Shown: piece after piece, positions 1 to 8,267 of the stretch | Position numbering within the stretch: the stretch's first letter is position 1 | Layout of the letters: each line of letters starts with the position of its first letter | Origin: Coriobacteriia bacterium | GTDB lineage: Bacteria; Actinomycetota; Coriobacteriia; Anaerosomatales; SLCP01 | NCBI GenBank assembly: GCA_014859265.1 | Contig: JACUUN010000002.1 | Span: 472-64,471, forward strand | Direction: 5' to 3' | DNA length: 64,000 nucleotides | Notes under the pieces: generated by a model | Told to the model about the DNA's origin: nothing | Database searches by the model: none | Seen by the model: the letters and a program-made list of their open reading frames with translations, nothing else | Translations under genes and position numbers: made by a program

Positions 1-58
1 TTACCTCAAGGATCGGCATACGCATCCAGAGTCCGTGTGAGGTACCTGTGAGTCTCAT

Positions 59-739
59 GTGCCCAGAATGTGTCTCTCAGACAGTCACAGTAGTCAGAGT
101 CCACAAGACGGTCGTCAAGGAGGTGTGAGGCTGCTGAGCGCACTCGATTGGATTCGCGGAGAGTTGGTTTGGCGGTGGGCCAACGCCCACTCTGTCGCCG
201 TAGTCGTCTTGGGGACACTGGCCCTCGGTCGGGTGACTGTAGTTTCGGTTGCTGAAGCGGGGCTGTTGATCTCGTTCGTTCTGCTGTTTGCTCATCTCGC
301 CCTCGCCAATCTCATCCTTGCGCGGTTGCTGCTAGCTTCGCATCCGCGACCACGTCGCCTTATGGTGGCAGCGGGCGGCTTCGCGGTCAGTGTTCTGGTT
401 GGTATGGTACTCAGTGGCATGGTGCCGCTACCGTTCATTGGGACCATTGCGGGCTCACTGATCGCAGTTACGCCGAGTATCTGCTTGCTCGCCATTGTAT
501 TCATTGAGGGTCGGCGGAGGCCTGAAGGCGAAGCGTCGAAGACTCGGATACTCGCCGTCATCTACTTGGCTGTCGCGCTCGTGGGCATCTTCGTTCAATC
601 CTCCACGCCAGCCGCGATGGTGACAGGCGCGCTGGTGAGCACGGCTTTACATGCGGTATGGATGTCTGCTTTGTACACATATGCGGACCACGGCCTGCGC
701 TTGAGATACGCTGGTCCCTATCCAAAGCTGGAAGCATAG
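59..739 (+). CDS. polytopic membrane protein of unknown function (possible immunity-type protein of a polymorphic-toxin island)
   Basis: 681-nt ORF (GTG 59, alternative ATG 68). Translation is mostly hydrophobic helices (VAVVVLGTLALG, LLISFVLLFAHLALANLILARLLL, FAVSVLVGMVLSGMV, ICLLAIVFI, ILAVIYLAVALVGIF). No catalytic motif recognised. Lies just upstream of an RHS fragment. Confidence 0.45.
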   Translation: MPRMCLSDSHSSQSPQDGRQGGVRLLSALDWIRGELVWRWANAHSVAVVVLGTLALGRVTVVSVAEAGLLISFVLLFAHLALANLILARLLLASHPRPRRLMVAAGGFAVSVLVGMVLSGMVPLPFIGTIAGSLIAVTPSICLLAIVFIEGRRRPEGEASKTRILAVIYLAVALVGIFVQSSTPAAMVTGALVSTALHAVWMSALYTYADHGLRLRYAGPYPKLEA

Positions 740-1073
740 AGACCCGTGAGTACGCGGCTAATCGTGACACCGGCCCTGGCGCACTCCGACGTGCAGGGTC
801 TTGGGATGCATCCCGAGGTTCGGGCCGCAGCGCTGATCGGACGGGTCGGACTCCCTCGACGGGATCGCACGCCCGCTGTACTCTGGCGGACCCTTCGGAG
901 ATCTCGGCATCAGGTCACGGACTCCTGCCTCCATCATTCAGGGAATCCCCAGAGACGGAGCCTTCATCAAGCCCAGGGGGCTTAACCTGACATGCGGGGC
1001 GGTCACGGGCGGCGCGCAGACGGCGCTTTCGGTCGACGGCAACGACCGGCTCACCTCCTCGGCCACCGGCCGG

Positions 1074-2168
1074 GTGGCCACCACGTGTGCGAGCGACACC
1101 CTCGGACGCCGGATCTCCCAGACCACCGGCGGGGTCACGACCACCTTCGGCTGGGACGACGCGAGCAGGCTCGAGACCTGGTCGCGCGGGGGAGAGAGCG
1201 CCACCTACACCTACGACGCAGCAGGCCAGCGCACGTCTGCGACCGTGACCGCAGGCGGCACCACCACCACGACCGACTACACCTACGACGGCATCACGCT
1301 GCTCCGGCTTGCCGCCGCGCGCTCCGACGAGACCACCTACGCGGTCGCCTACCTCACGGGCGAGAACAGGCGCCCGTATGCGGGCGTGTACACCGCAGGC
1401 GCCGCCTCACCGGTGACCTTTCTCATCGCCACGACCGACCGCGGCGACGTCGTCGCGCTCACTGACACCGCTGGCGCGCCCTTCGCCCGCTACACCTACG
1501 ACCCCTACGGCGCGGTGCTCTCGCAAGACTCGAACGCGGTCACCGGCATCATGTCCGACGTGGCCGCTGCGATCGCCGACCGCCAGCCGCTGCGCTACGC
1601 GGGCTACGCATACGACGCCCACTCGGCCACCTACTACCTGTCTGCCCGCCACTACGACCCGGCCACGATGCGCTTCCTCACGAAGGACTCCGCGCGCGAC
1701 GACGGCGAGGAGAGCGCGTACCAGTACTGCGCGGGCGACCCGGTGGGGAGAGTGGATCCGACGGGGGAAGTCGCGATTGCACTCCCTGCTCTTGGCATAA
1801 TGGTTGTCGGTACCGTGGTTGCCGCATATCTCATGACCCCACAAGGACAGCGCGACTTGCTGGTGATAATAGGTGCCTTCGGGAAGGGGATTGCGACGGC
1901 CTGGGTCCGTGCGACCTTGTATACGAAGAAGCAGATTATAGTGCTAGCAAAGGGCGGGAAGTCCGGTCTCAACGACAAAGCCCGGCAAGCACTTGACCAG
2001 GCCACCAGCGAGGCCGCGAAATCCGGCAAGAATCGTTCAGTAGATGCTATCAAGAAGAGGGCGGGCGAGATCGCCGAAAAAGCATACAAGTCTGCTAAGA
2101 ACAGTGCAGAGAAGGCGAAGTGGAAGGAAGCGCAGAAACAGTTGGGGAATCGCCGGAAGGGATCATGA
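1074..2168 (+). CDS. 5'-truncated (orphan) RHS/YD-repeat C-terminal fragment with a variable C-terminal tip
   Basis: YD repeats are readable (TFGWDDASRLETW, YTYDAAGQRTS, YTYDGITLL, YTYDPYGAV, YAGYAYDAHSATYYLSARHYDPATMRFLTKD). They end in the core-terminal motif GDPVGRVDPTGE (nt 1734-1769), followed by a 132-aa unrelated tip. The frame is open from 837 but has no ATG/GTG/TTG before GTG 1074. Only ~230 aa of repeats are present. Confidence 0.75.
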   Translation: MATTCASDTLGRRISQTTGGVTTTFGWDDASRLETWSRGGESATYTYDAAGQRTSATVTAGGTTTTTDYTYDGITLLRLAAARSDETTYAVAYLTGENRRPYAGVYTAGAASPVTFLIATTDRGDVVALTDTAGAPFARYTYDPYGAVLSQDSNAVTGIMSDVAAAIADRQPLRYAGYAYDAHSATYYLSARHYDPATMRFLTKDSARDDGEESAYQYCAGDPVGRVDPTGEVAIALPALGIMVVGTVVAAYLMTPQGQRDLLVIIGAFGKGIATAWVRATLYTKKQIIVLAKGGKSGLNDKARQALDQATSEAAKSGKNRSVDAIKKRAGEIAEKAYKSAKNSAEKAKWKEAQKQLGNRRKGS

Positions 2169-2192
2169 CCGATAACGTTGGGGGCGACCTGG

Positions 2193-2558
2193 ATGAACTG
2201 GTACGCGGCGCACACAGTCCTGTTTCTCGAATACACAGATGGCGGACCCCAAGACGAATACGTAATGTGGGAGAACGTCTACCTGGTTGCTGCAGATACA
2301 GACGAACAGGCACAGATAAGGGCGACGGAGTACGCACGAAATGACGAAGACTCTGACGGGTCACACGGAACGGTTGTCGAAGGGAGACCCGCTCGGTGGG
2401 TGTTCGCCGGGATTCGCAAACTCATCGCGTGTGTTGATTCTGATTCTAGGCCTGATGACGGGACGGAGGTCACATACTCCACGTTTAGCGTGCAGACCCA
2501 AGACGAGTTGGATGCATTCGTGAGCGGGAAGCCCGTTCAGGTGTCTTATTTGGAATAG
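2193..2558 (+). CDS. DUF4288-like small cytoplasmic protein; candidate cognate immunity protein
   Basis: ATG 2193 (the ORF track starts at TTG 2178), 25 nt after the RHS stop. MNWYAAHTVLFLEY...VMWENVYLVAADTDEQA...RWVFAGIRKL fits my recollection of DUF4288. The immunity role is inferred from position only. Confidence 0.5.
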   Translation: MNWYAAHTVLFLEYTDGGPQDEYVMWENVYLVAADTDEQAQIRATEYARNDEDSDGSHGTVVEGRPARWVFAGIRKLIACVDSDSRPDDGTEVTYSTFSVQTQDELDAFVSGKPVQVSYLE

Positions 2559-2737
2559 TGACAGGATAGGTAGAGGTGGCCGGACGAACCACACTCGGAT
2601 GGGCGTGACCGTGAATGGGAAGACAGAAGCCGTTCCTGGATGATTCACAAGCAGTTGTTCCAACCGACGTAGCGCGTGTGAGTGGCAGCCACCGTGTAGC
2701 ACCAACTTCTCCATCGGTGGTTCTGGGTCGCGCCTGC

Positions 2738-3154
2738 ATGTTGAGCGGTGTGGTGCTGGTCATCCTGACCGCGTGCCTGGCCTGGGCTGTCCTCTCATGG
2801 CTTGGCGTGGGGGGGGGAAGCCACAAGGACTTCTTCGAAGCCAACTGGGCCGAGTACCAGCGAGTTGCAGACGAATCGATCGCGAGAGCCCGCTCAGCAG
2901 GTCTTCAGAATTCTGACATCCAGTATCGGTTGGCCGCGCGCGAGGCGCGCCTGTCCGATGGCGGACACGTCTGGGTGCGGGAGCGTTCTGGACGCGGATA
3001 CTGGGTCACCTTCTTTCGCGTGCGGGGTCTCGTTGGCAGTGGGACGATGTTGCTCTACTGCTCGTCGGAGACGTGGACGGCAAGCGAGGTGGCTGAGTTC
3101 TTCGATGAGGTCGAACCGCTCGGAGACGGCTGGTACCTGACTCGGGAGTACTGA
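2738..3154 (+). CDS. putative lipoprotein, unknown function
   Basis: ATG 2738 inside ORF 2615..3154 gives MLSGVVLVILTAC..., a signal peptide with a lipobox-like LTAC. The rest has no recognised domain. Confidence 0.4.
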   Translation: MLSGVVLVILTACLAWAVLSWLGVGGGSHKDFFEANWAEYQRVADESIARARSAGLQNSDIQYRLAAREARLSDGGHVWVRERSGRGYWVTFFRVRGLVGSGTMLLYCSSETWTASEVAEFFDEVEPLGDGWYLTREY

Positions 3155-3517
3155 AGAGGCGGGGCCGGTCGGATGATCGCCCCGGGTTTGACGGAGCCTG
3201 GTTGTGTATGGGTGTTTCCAGGCGGATAATCCTCGCGGGACAGTCCAGACTAGCTGGGCTGCGAACGCTGCTGTGGGATGACGGGAGAGAGGGGAGCGGG
3301 AGCGATGGAGGCTGCCGCGCGTTCAGTGGCGCGGGCGGTGCGGCGTGAGTTCTCGGTATCTTGAGCATGCTCCTCGGATTCCCCCTGTTGTCGAACGTGG
3401 TTGCGACGGCACTCGTGTCTGGGGCGCTTTCCACGGTGGCGCACGCCCCGCCGGTTCGAAGGCATCCCATGATTGATGTTCATCGTGGAGACACTCACGA
3501 CGGAGGAGTAGACGCAC

Positions 3518-3844
3518 ATGGTCGAGAGCATCGCTGACGCGCTGAGTGTCTCCACAACGGTCATCTGGGGACTATTCGTTCTGCTTACGGTACAGGTTGC
3601 CGTGCAGTTCTGGGCGTTGGTCGACCTCGCACGCCGCCCACGTGTCCGCTTTGGCATGAAGTGGATATGGGCACTCGTGATCATCTTCCTCGGCAACTCG
3701 TTCATCGGGCCGATTCTCTACGTGGCAATCGGGCGGAATGTGCCCGAAGAGATAGACGTGAAAGTGAGTCCATCTCGCACGACGAGTGGCGAGCGCACCC
3801 GCCGTGCGGTCGATGCGCTCTATGGAGACGGCGAGGGCCGATGA
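3518..3844 (+). CDS. PLDc_N-type (cardiolipin-synthase N-terminal-like) small membrane protein
   Basis: 108 aa with two TM helices and the region VQFWALVDLARRP...KWIWALVIIFLGNSFIGPILYVAIGR typical of this family. Its stop overlaps the next start (ATGA). RBS GGAGGAG lies upstream. Confidence 0.6.
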   Translation: MVESIADALSVSTTVIWGLFVLLTVQVAVQFWALVDLARRPRVRFGMKWIWALVIIFLGNSFIGPILYVAIGRNVPEEIDVKVSPSRTTSGERTRRAVDALYGDGEGR

Positions 3845-4764
3845 GCACTGCGATCGAAGTCAGCGGCCTCACCAAGGTCTACAAGGAGACGCGCGCGTTA
3901 GACGGTGTGGACCTCTCGGTCCCCGAGGGCTCCATCTTCGGGTTTCTCGGCCCCAATGGTGCCGGGAAGACGACGACACTGCGGATCCTCATGGGGATGG
4001 CACGTCCGACGTCGGGCGGCGCGATGGTGTTCGGCCACGACGTGGTGCACGCGACGAACGAGGTGCGCTCGCTCATCGGCTTCCTGCCCGACGTGCCGGG
4101 ATACTATCCGTGGATGACGGCCGAGGAGTTCTTGCGCTTCTGTGGCAGGCTCTTCGGTATTAGTGGCACGACTCTTGACGAGCGTGTAACCTCCCTCCTC
4201 GACCTGGCGGGGCTCGGGGGAGTCAAGCAGCGCGTCGGCGGCTACTCCCGCGGCATGAAGCAGCGACTCGGTGTCGCTCAGGCCCTCATCAACGCTCCGC
4301 GTCTGCTCATGCTCGATGAACCGACGAGCGCGCTTGACCCGATGGGGCGCAAGGACGTGCTCGACATGATTGCGGCCCTCAAGGGCAAGACGACGGTGTT
4401 CTTCTCGACCCACATACTCACGGATGTCGAGCGGGTGTGTGACACGGTGGCCATTCTTGACTACGGCCGAGTGGTGCGCCAGGCATCCATATCCGAGGTC
4501 AAACGAGAGGGCCATGCGATGCGCGTGCTCGTAGAGGTCAAGCAGCGCGCCGAGGACCTCCAGCCCCTCCTCGCCACCCAGCCGTGGTGCATGGAGTGTG
4601 TGCGCGACGGTCAGGTTGTCCGTTGCGTGGTGTCCGACATGACAGCCGCAAGGACGTCGATTCCGGCACTGATCGCGGACCGGCGGATCGCGCTTGTCAG
4701 AATGGTCGATGAAGAGCCCACCCTGGAGGATGTGTTCGTCGAGCTCGTAGGGGGGAGGGCCTGA
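3841..4764 (+). CDS. ABC transporter ATP-binding protein
   Basis: Start trimmed to ATG 3841 (MSTAIEVSGL). Walker A GPNGAGKTT, signature YSRGMKQRLG, Walker B LLMLDEPTSALD. Confidence 0.9.
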   Translation: MSTAIEVSGLTKVYKETRALDGVDLSVPEGSIFGFLGPNGAGKTTTLRILMGMARPTSGGAMVFGHDVVHATNEVRSLIGFLPDVPGYYPWMTAEEFLRFCGRLFGISGTTLDERVTSLLDLAGLGGVKQRVGGYSRGMKQRLGVAQALINAPRLLMLDEPTSALDPMGRKDVLDMIAALKGKTTVFFSTHILTDVERVCDTVAILDYGRVVRQASISEVKREGHAMRVLVEVKQRAEDLQPLLATQPWCMECVRDGQVVRCVVSDMTAARTSIPALIADRRIALVRMVDEEPTLEDVFVELVGGRA

Positions 4765-5534
4765 TGCATGGATTCGCAGTCTTCCTCGGCAAGGAAGTCA
4801 CCGAGGTACTTCGTACCTGGCGGTTGTATGTGGTGCCCGGCATCCTGATCTTCTTTGGGCTCATGAGCCCTGTGATAGCCGAGATCACACCGGGGCTTGT
4901 CTCGTCTATGGTCAGTTCAGGAGAGCAGGGAATCTTCATCGAAATCCCGCCTGCCACCACCGTCGACGCGTATCTGCAGTTCAACAAGAACGCGATGCAG
5001 ATAGCACTGATTGCCGTGATCATCGCTACAGCCGGAGCCATAGCGGGTGAGCGCAGGAGCGGCACTGCCCAGATCGTGCTTTCCAAGCCGGTGTCCCGCC
5101 GGGCTATGGTTGCAGCCAAGGCTTTGTCGAACTGGGTGCTAGTATTGGTTTCCGTGAGCATAGGCGCGGCACTCTGCGCGGGGGTGACCGTGCTGATGTT
5201 CGACACTAAGCTGCTGGCCGAGTTCGTCGCGATGGTCAGCGTTTGGTATCTGCTCTCAGTACTCATGGTGTCTGTCACCCTCTTCCTCTCGGTTGTTCTC
5301 AGATCGCAGGCCGGTGCGGCAGGAGCGGGTATCGCAGTGTACTTCTCGATGTCTGTTGCGGCGTTGTGGGGTGTAGCGCGCGACTACACGCCGGTCGGCC
5401 TGTTAGGCGCAGGGGATCGCATCATCACGGGCATGCCAGATGTCTCTGTGGGCTGGCCGGTAGTCACCGGCATCACGGTGTCGCTCGGCATGATCGCCCT
5501 TGCCGCGCTGGTCTTTCGACGGCAGGAGCTGTAG
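4764..5534 (+). CDS. ABC-2-type transporter permease
   Basis: ATG 4764 overlaps the ATPase stop. Multiple hydrophobic segments. Called from context with the upstream ATPase. Confidence 0.7.
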   Translation: MHGFAVFLGKEVTEVLRTWRLYVVPGILIFFGLMSPVIAEITPGLVSSMVSSGEQGIFIEIPPATTVDAYLQFNKNAMQIALIAVIIATAGAIAGERRSGTAQIVLSKPVSRRAMVAAKALSNWVLVLVSVSIGAALCAGVTVLMFDTKLLAEFVAMVSVWYLLSVLMVSVTLFLSVVLRSQAGAAGAGIAVYFSMSVAALWGVARDYTPVGLLGAGDRIITGMPDVSVGWPVVTGITVSLGMIALAALVFRRQEL

Positions 5535-5585
5535 CAGCCGCGAACCTCCCGGGAATCCCCTCGGGTTCTCAGATGTGCATACCAC

Positions 5586-5612
5586 GGGCCCGGGGGATAC
5601 TCACCCGGGCCC
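5586..5612. terminator. GC-rich hairpin between convergent genes (possible bidirectional terminator)
   Basis: Perfect 9-bp stem GGGCCCGGG / CCCGGGCCC with a 9-nt loop, between the + strand permease and the - strand rubrerythrin gene. No U-tract follows, so function is inferred. Confidence 0.45.
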
Positions 5613-5643
5613 ATTGACATCGCACAAATCGTGCGGGTTGTGG

Positions 5644-6183
5644 TTAGTCGCACCCCGCATACGCCGACGCGACTCCGTCGAACTCGATATGATCGGCCTC
5701 GACCGCGCTCACCGCATCGAATACCTCGTGAATCCGCTCGTTCGTGGACCGGGCGGCGAACTGGCGGTAGAGCGATGAGGCGCGCTTCTCTCGCTCCACG
5801 GACTCGGCGATGTTGACGCACCAGTCGTCCGACACCTCCATCGGCGCGGAGAGATCGTCGGGCTCGTCGATGTTAACGAGCTTGCAGAACAGTTCACAGT
5901 GCTCTGCCTCGATCTTGGAGAGGCGCTTGTACGCCGAGGAGAGTACCGGCTCCTCCTTATGTTGCGCCATGCCCAGGTAGAAGCGCGTGTTGGAGCGCTC
6001 GAGCTCGATGGATGTCTCGAGGTCGGCGCGCTCGGTCTCGGTCAGCTGGACATCGTTGATGTCTGCAGGATACTCCTCGGACGACACGAGGTATTCGCGG
6101 TGTGCGCCACAGAACGGGCAGTGACTCGGGGTCTCCGAGCCGAGGTAGACCTCGCCGCAGATGCGGCATCGCACCATCTTCAT
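5644..6183 (-). CDS. rubrerythrin-family diiron protein with N-terminal rubredoxin-like Cys4 domain
   Basis: Start trimmed to ATG 6183 (MKMVRC), preceded by GAGAGGAG. CRICG...CPFCG knuckles, then a ferritin-like domain with two ExxH motifs (EAEH, EADH). Confidence 0.8.
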   Translation of the reverse strand: MKMVRCRICGEVYLGSETPSHCPFCGAHREYLVSSEEYPADINDVQLTETERADLETSIELERSNTRFYLGMAQHKEEPVLSSAYKRLSKIEAEHCELFCKLVNIDEPDDLSAPMEVSDDWCVNIAESVEREKRASSLYRQFAARSTNERIHEVFDAVSAVEADHIEFDGVASAYAGCD

Positions 6184-6266
6184 TGCGTGACTCCTCTCAT
6201 TGGTCTCGACAGGCGAAAAGGCGGCGCCGGGCCCCGTTGTCCACAGCTGTGGTCCCGCTGGTCCGC

Positions 6267-6776
6267 TCAGATTCCGAGCGCGTCGGCGAGCGCCAGTCCG
6301 AAGTCGCGTGCCGCCTCCGGTCCGTTCGCGGTGATGATGTGTCCCTCTGCTGTGACCGGGTTCCCGGTCCATATCGCCCCGTGTGCCTCGAGGTCGTCCT
6401 TCTGACTCTCGAAGGCGGTCGCGGGCCAGCCTCGCAGAAGCCCGGCGCGGGCGAGAATCGAGGGCGCAATGCAGATAGCGCCGAGGATGCGCTTCTCGTC
6501 ACGCGCGGCACGCGCCAGAGCGTGGGCGAAGGGGTCATCGAAGAAGATCTTCGACCCGGCGCCTCCTATAAACACCACGGCATCGTAATCAAGCGCATCG
6601 GCCTCGGAGACAGCCACCGTCGCTTCGGCCGTCATTCCGAGCTTGCCGGTACACGTGCCGGCGCGCGTGCTCGCCGTCACCACCGTGGCACCGCGGCTCT
6701 CGAGCACCTCTTTCGGGTGCGCGTATTCTTCGTCCCGGAAGGTCTCGGGAGCTATTACCATCAGGATGGTCTTCAT
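6267..6776 (-). CDS. DJ-1/PfpI family protein
   Basis: MKTILMVIAPETFRDEEY..., nucleophile-elbow AICIAP, VVFIGGAG. The size (169 aa) is typical. Confidence 0.85.
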   Translation of the reverse strand: MKTILMVIAPETFRDEEYAHPKEVLESRGATVVTASTRAGTCTGKLGMTAEATVAVSEADALDYDAVVFIGGAGSKIFFDDPFAHALARAARDEKRILGAICIAPSILARAGLLRGWPATAFESQKDDLEAHGAIWTGNPVTAEGHIITANGPEAARDFGLALADALGI

Positions 6777-6906
6777 ACAAACTCCTCACTCCGGATGCAC
6801 CTCGTGTGAGGATATATACCCGCAGCCATCGCGATACGGCTGGCAACCAGAGTGGGTTCGGAGCCCGGCAGCGATAGCTCAACTCTTCATCGTGCAGTGC
6901 GGTATA

Positions 6907-6928
6907 GTGTGTACAACTTTGTACACAC
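6907..6928. promoter_or_regulatory. perfect 22-bp palindrome (candidate operator) overlapping a TATAGT -10-like hexamer
   Basis: GTGTGTACAA-CT-TTGTACACAC: 10-bp arms and a 2-bp spacer, 52 bp upstream of ATG 6980. TATAGT at 6903-6908 overlaps the left arm. Confidence 0.45.
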
Positions 6929-6979
6929 GCCACTGCCGACACGCCACCAGGGCGGTTCTGGCCAGAGAGGGGAATCCTC

Positions 6980-8197
6980 ATGACCGACTCGGTCACCATG
7001 CTGCGCGATGGCATCTCGGAGCGCGTCGCTGCCTTCGTAGAGCGCCGCACGACTCTGAAGGAGGAGGACCGCTACTTCTACCTCCAGCCCACTACCGGCA
7101 GGACGAACCACCGGGTCACAATGGCCGATGGCCGCGACATGGTGCAGCTTGCTTCCTACAGCTACCTCGGCCTGATCGGCCACCCCCGTATCGAGGCTGC
7201 CGCCAAGGAAGCCATCGATGTTTATGGCACCGGGGCCGGCGGTGTGCGCCTGCTAACCGGCACGACGGATCTTCACGAGCGGCTCGAGGCCCGCATCGCT
7301 CAGTACTGCCATCGCGAGGACGCCTGCGTCTACTCGAGCGGCTACGTAACGAACATCGCGATCATCACGGGTCTGATGGGACCCGGCGATCTCGTCCTGA
7401 TGGACAAGCTGGATCATGCCTCGATCGTTGATGGCTGCCTGCTCTCCGGAGCGAAGTGGCGCACGTACCGCCACAACGACATGGACCATCTCGAGAAGCT
7501 GCTCGAGATGGCGGCGGGCGACTATGGGACGATTCTCGTCGTCGCGGACTCGGTCTTCTCGATGGACGGCGATGTGATGGACTTGCCGACGACCCGGGAG
7601 CTGTGCGATCGCTACGGGGCGCGACTCATGGTGGACGAGGCTCACTCTGTGGGCTCGCTGGGCGCGACCGGGCATGGCATCGAGGAGCACTTCGACATGG
7701 TCGGTTCGGTCGACCTGAAGATGGGGACGCTCTCGAAGTCGATCCCCTCGGTCGGCGGTTACCTGGCCGCAGCCCACGACATTGTTGACTTCCAGCGGCA
7801 CATGTCCCGTCCGTTCATCTTCTCCGCTGCTCTACCGCCCGCGCAGACTGCTGCCGCGATTGCGGCGTTCGACGTGATCGATGACGAGCCGGAGAGGGTC
7901 GAGCGGCTGCACGACGTGACGCGCCGCTACTCGGAGGGGCTCAAGTCCCAAGGATGGGACACGATGGACTCCACGACGTGCGTCGTCCCGGTGCTCGTGG
8001 GCGACGAGGGCGAGACGATGGACCTGACGCGCATGCTCTTCGACCGAGGCATCTTCGTGTGCCCGATTGTGCATCCGGCGGTGCCGCGGGGCATGGATCG
8101 GTTGCGGACGTGCCTGATGGCCACCCATACGGACGAGGATATAGACCAGGCGCTTGCGGCGTTCGCCGAAGCCGGAAACGCGCTCGGCCTGATCTGA
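6980..8197 (+). CDS. PLP-dependent alpha-oxoamine synthase family enzyme (BioF/Kbl/SPT/CqsA-like; subfamily unresolved)
   Basis: SYSYLGL, DEAHS and the PLP-lysine context GTLSKS are present, at 405 aa. No other biotin genes occur in the window. Confidence 0.85.
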   Translation: MTDSVTMLRDGISERVAAFVERRTTLKEEDRYFYLQPTTGRTNHRVTMADGRDMVQLASYSYLGLIGHPRIEAAAKEAIDVYGTGAGGVRLLTGTTDLHERLEARIAQYCHREDACVYSSGYVTNIAIITGLMGPGDLVLMDKLDHASIVDGCLLSGAKWRTYRHNDMDHLEKLLEMAAGDYGTILVVADSVFSMDGDVMDLPTTRELCDRYGARLMVDEAHSVGSLGATGHGIEEHFDMVGSVDLKMGTLSKSIPSVGGYLAAAHDIVDFQRHMSRPFIFSAALPPAQTAAAIAAFDVIDDEPERVERLHDVTRRYSEGLKSQGWDTMDSTTCVVPVLVGDEGETMDLTRMLFDRGIFVCPIVHPAVPRGMDRLRTCLMATHTDEDIDQALAAFAEAGNALGLI

Positions 8198-8267
8198 CGA
8201 CCGACCCGCACGACCTCTACGCGCCATGTCCGATAGAATCCGCACATGGTGAGGATGGGAGCGTGAT

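Noticed and set aside
3155-3517. A 360-bp gap without an annotated gene, examined for structured RNA or repeats.
   Set aside because: I found no extended inverted or direct repeats and no recognisable riboswitch core. The overlapping - strand ORFs (3006..3470, 3250..3705) look like off-frame artefacts.
3367-3540. 57-codon + strand sORF (MLLGFPLLSNVVATALVSGALSTVAHA...) with a signal-peptide-like N-terminus, in the 3155-3517 gap.
   Set aside because: It has no Shine-Dalgarno sequence upstream, overlaps the start of the PLDc_N gene out of frame, and has no comparative support. It could be real, but the evidence is insufficient.
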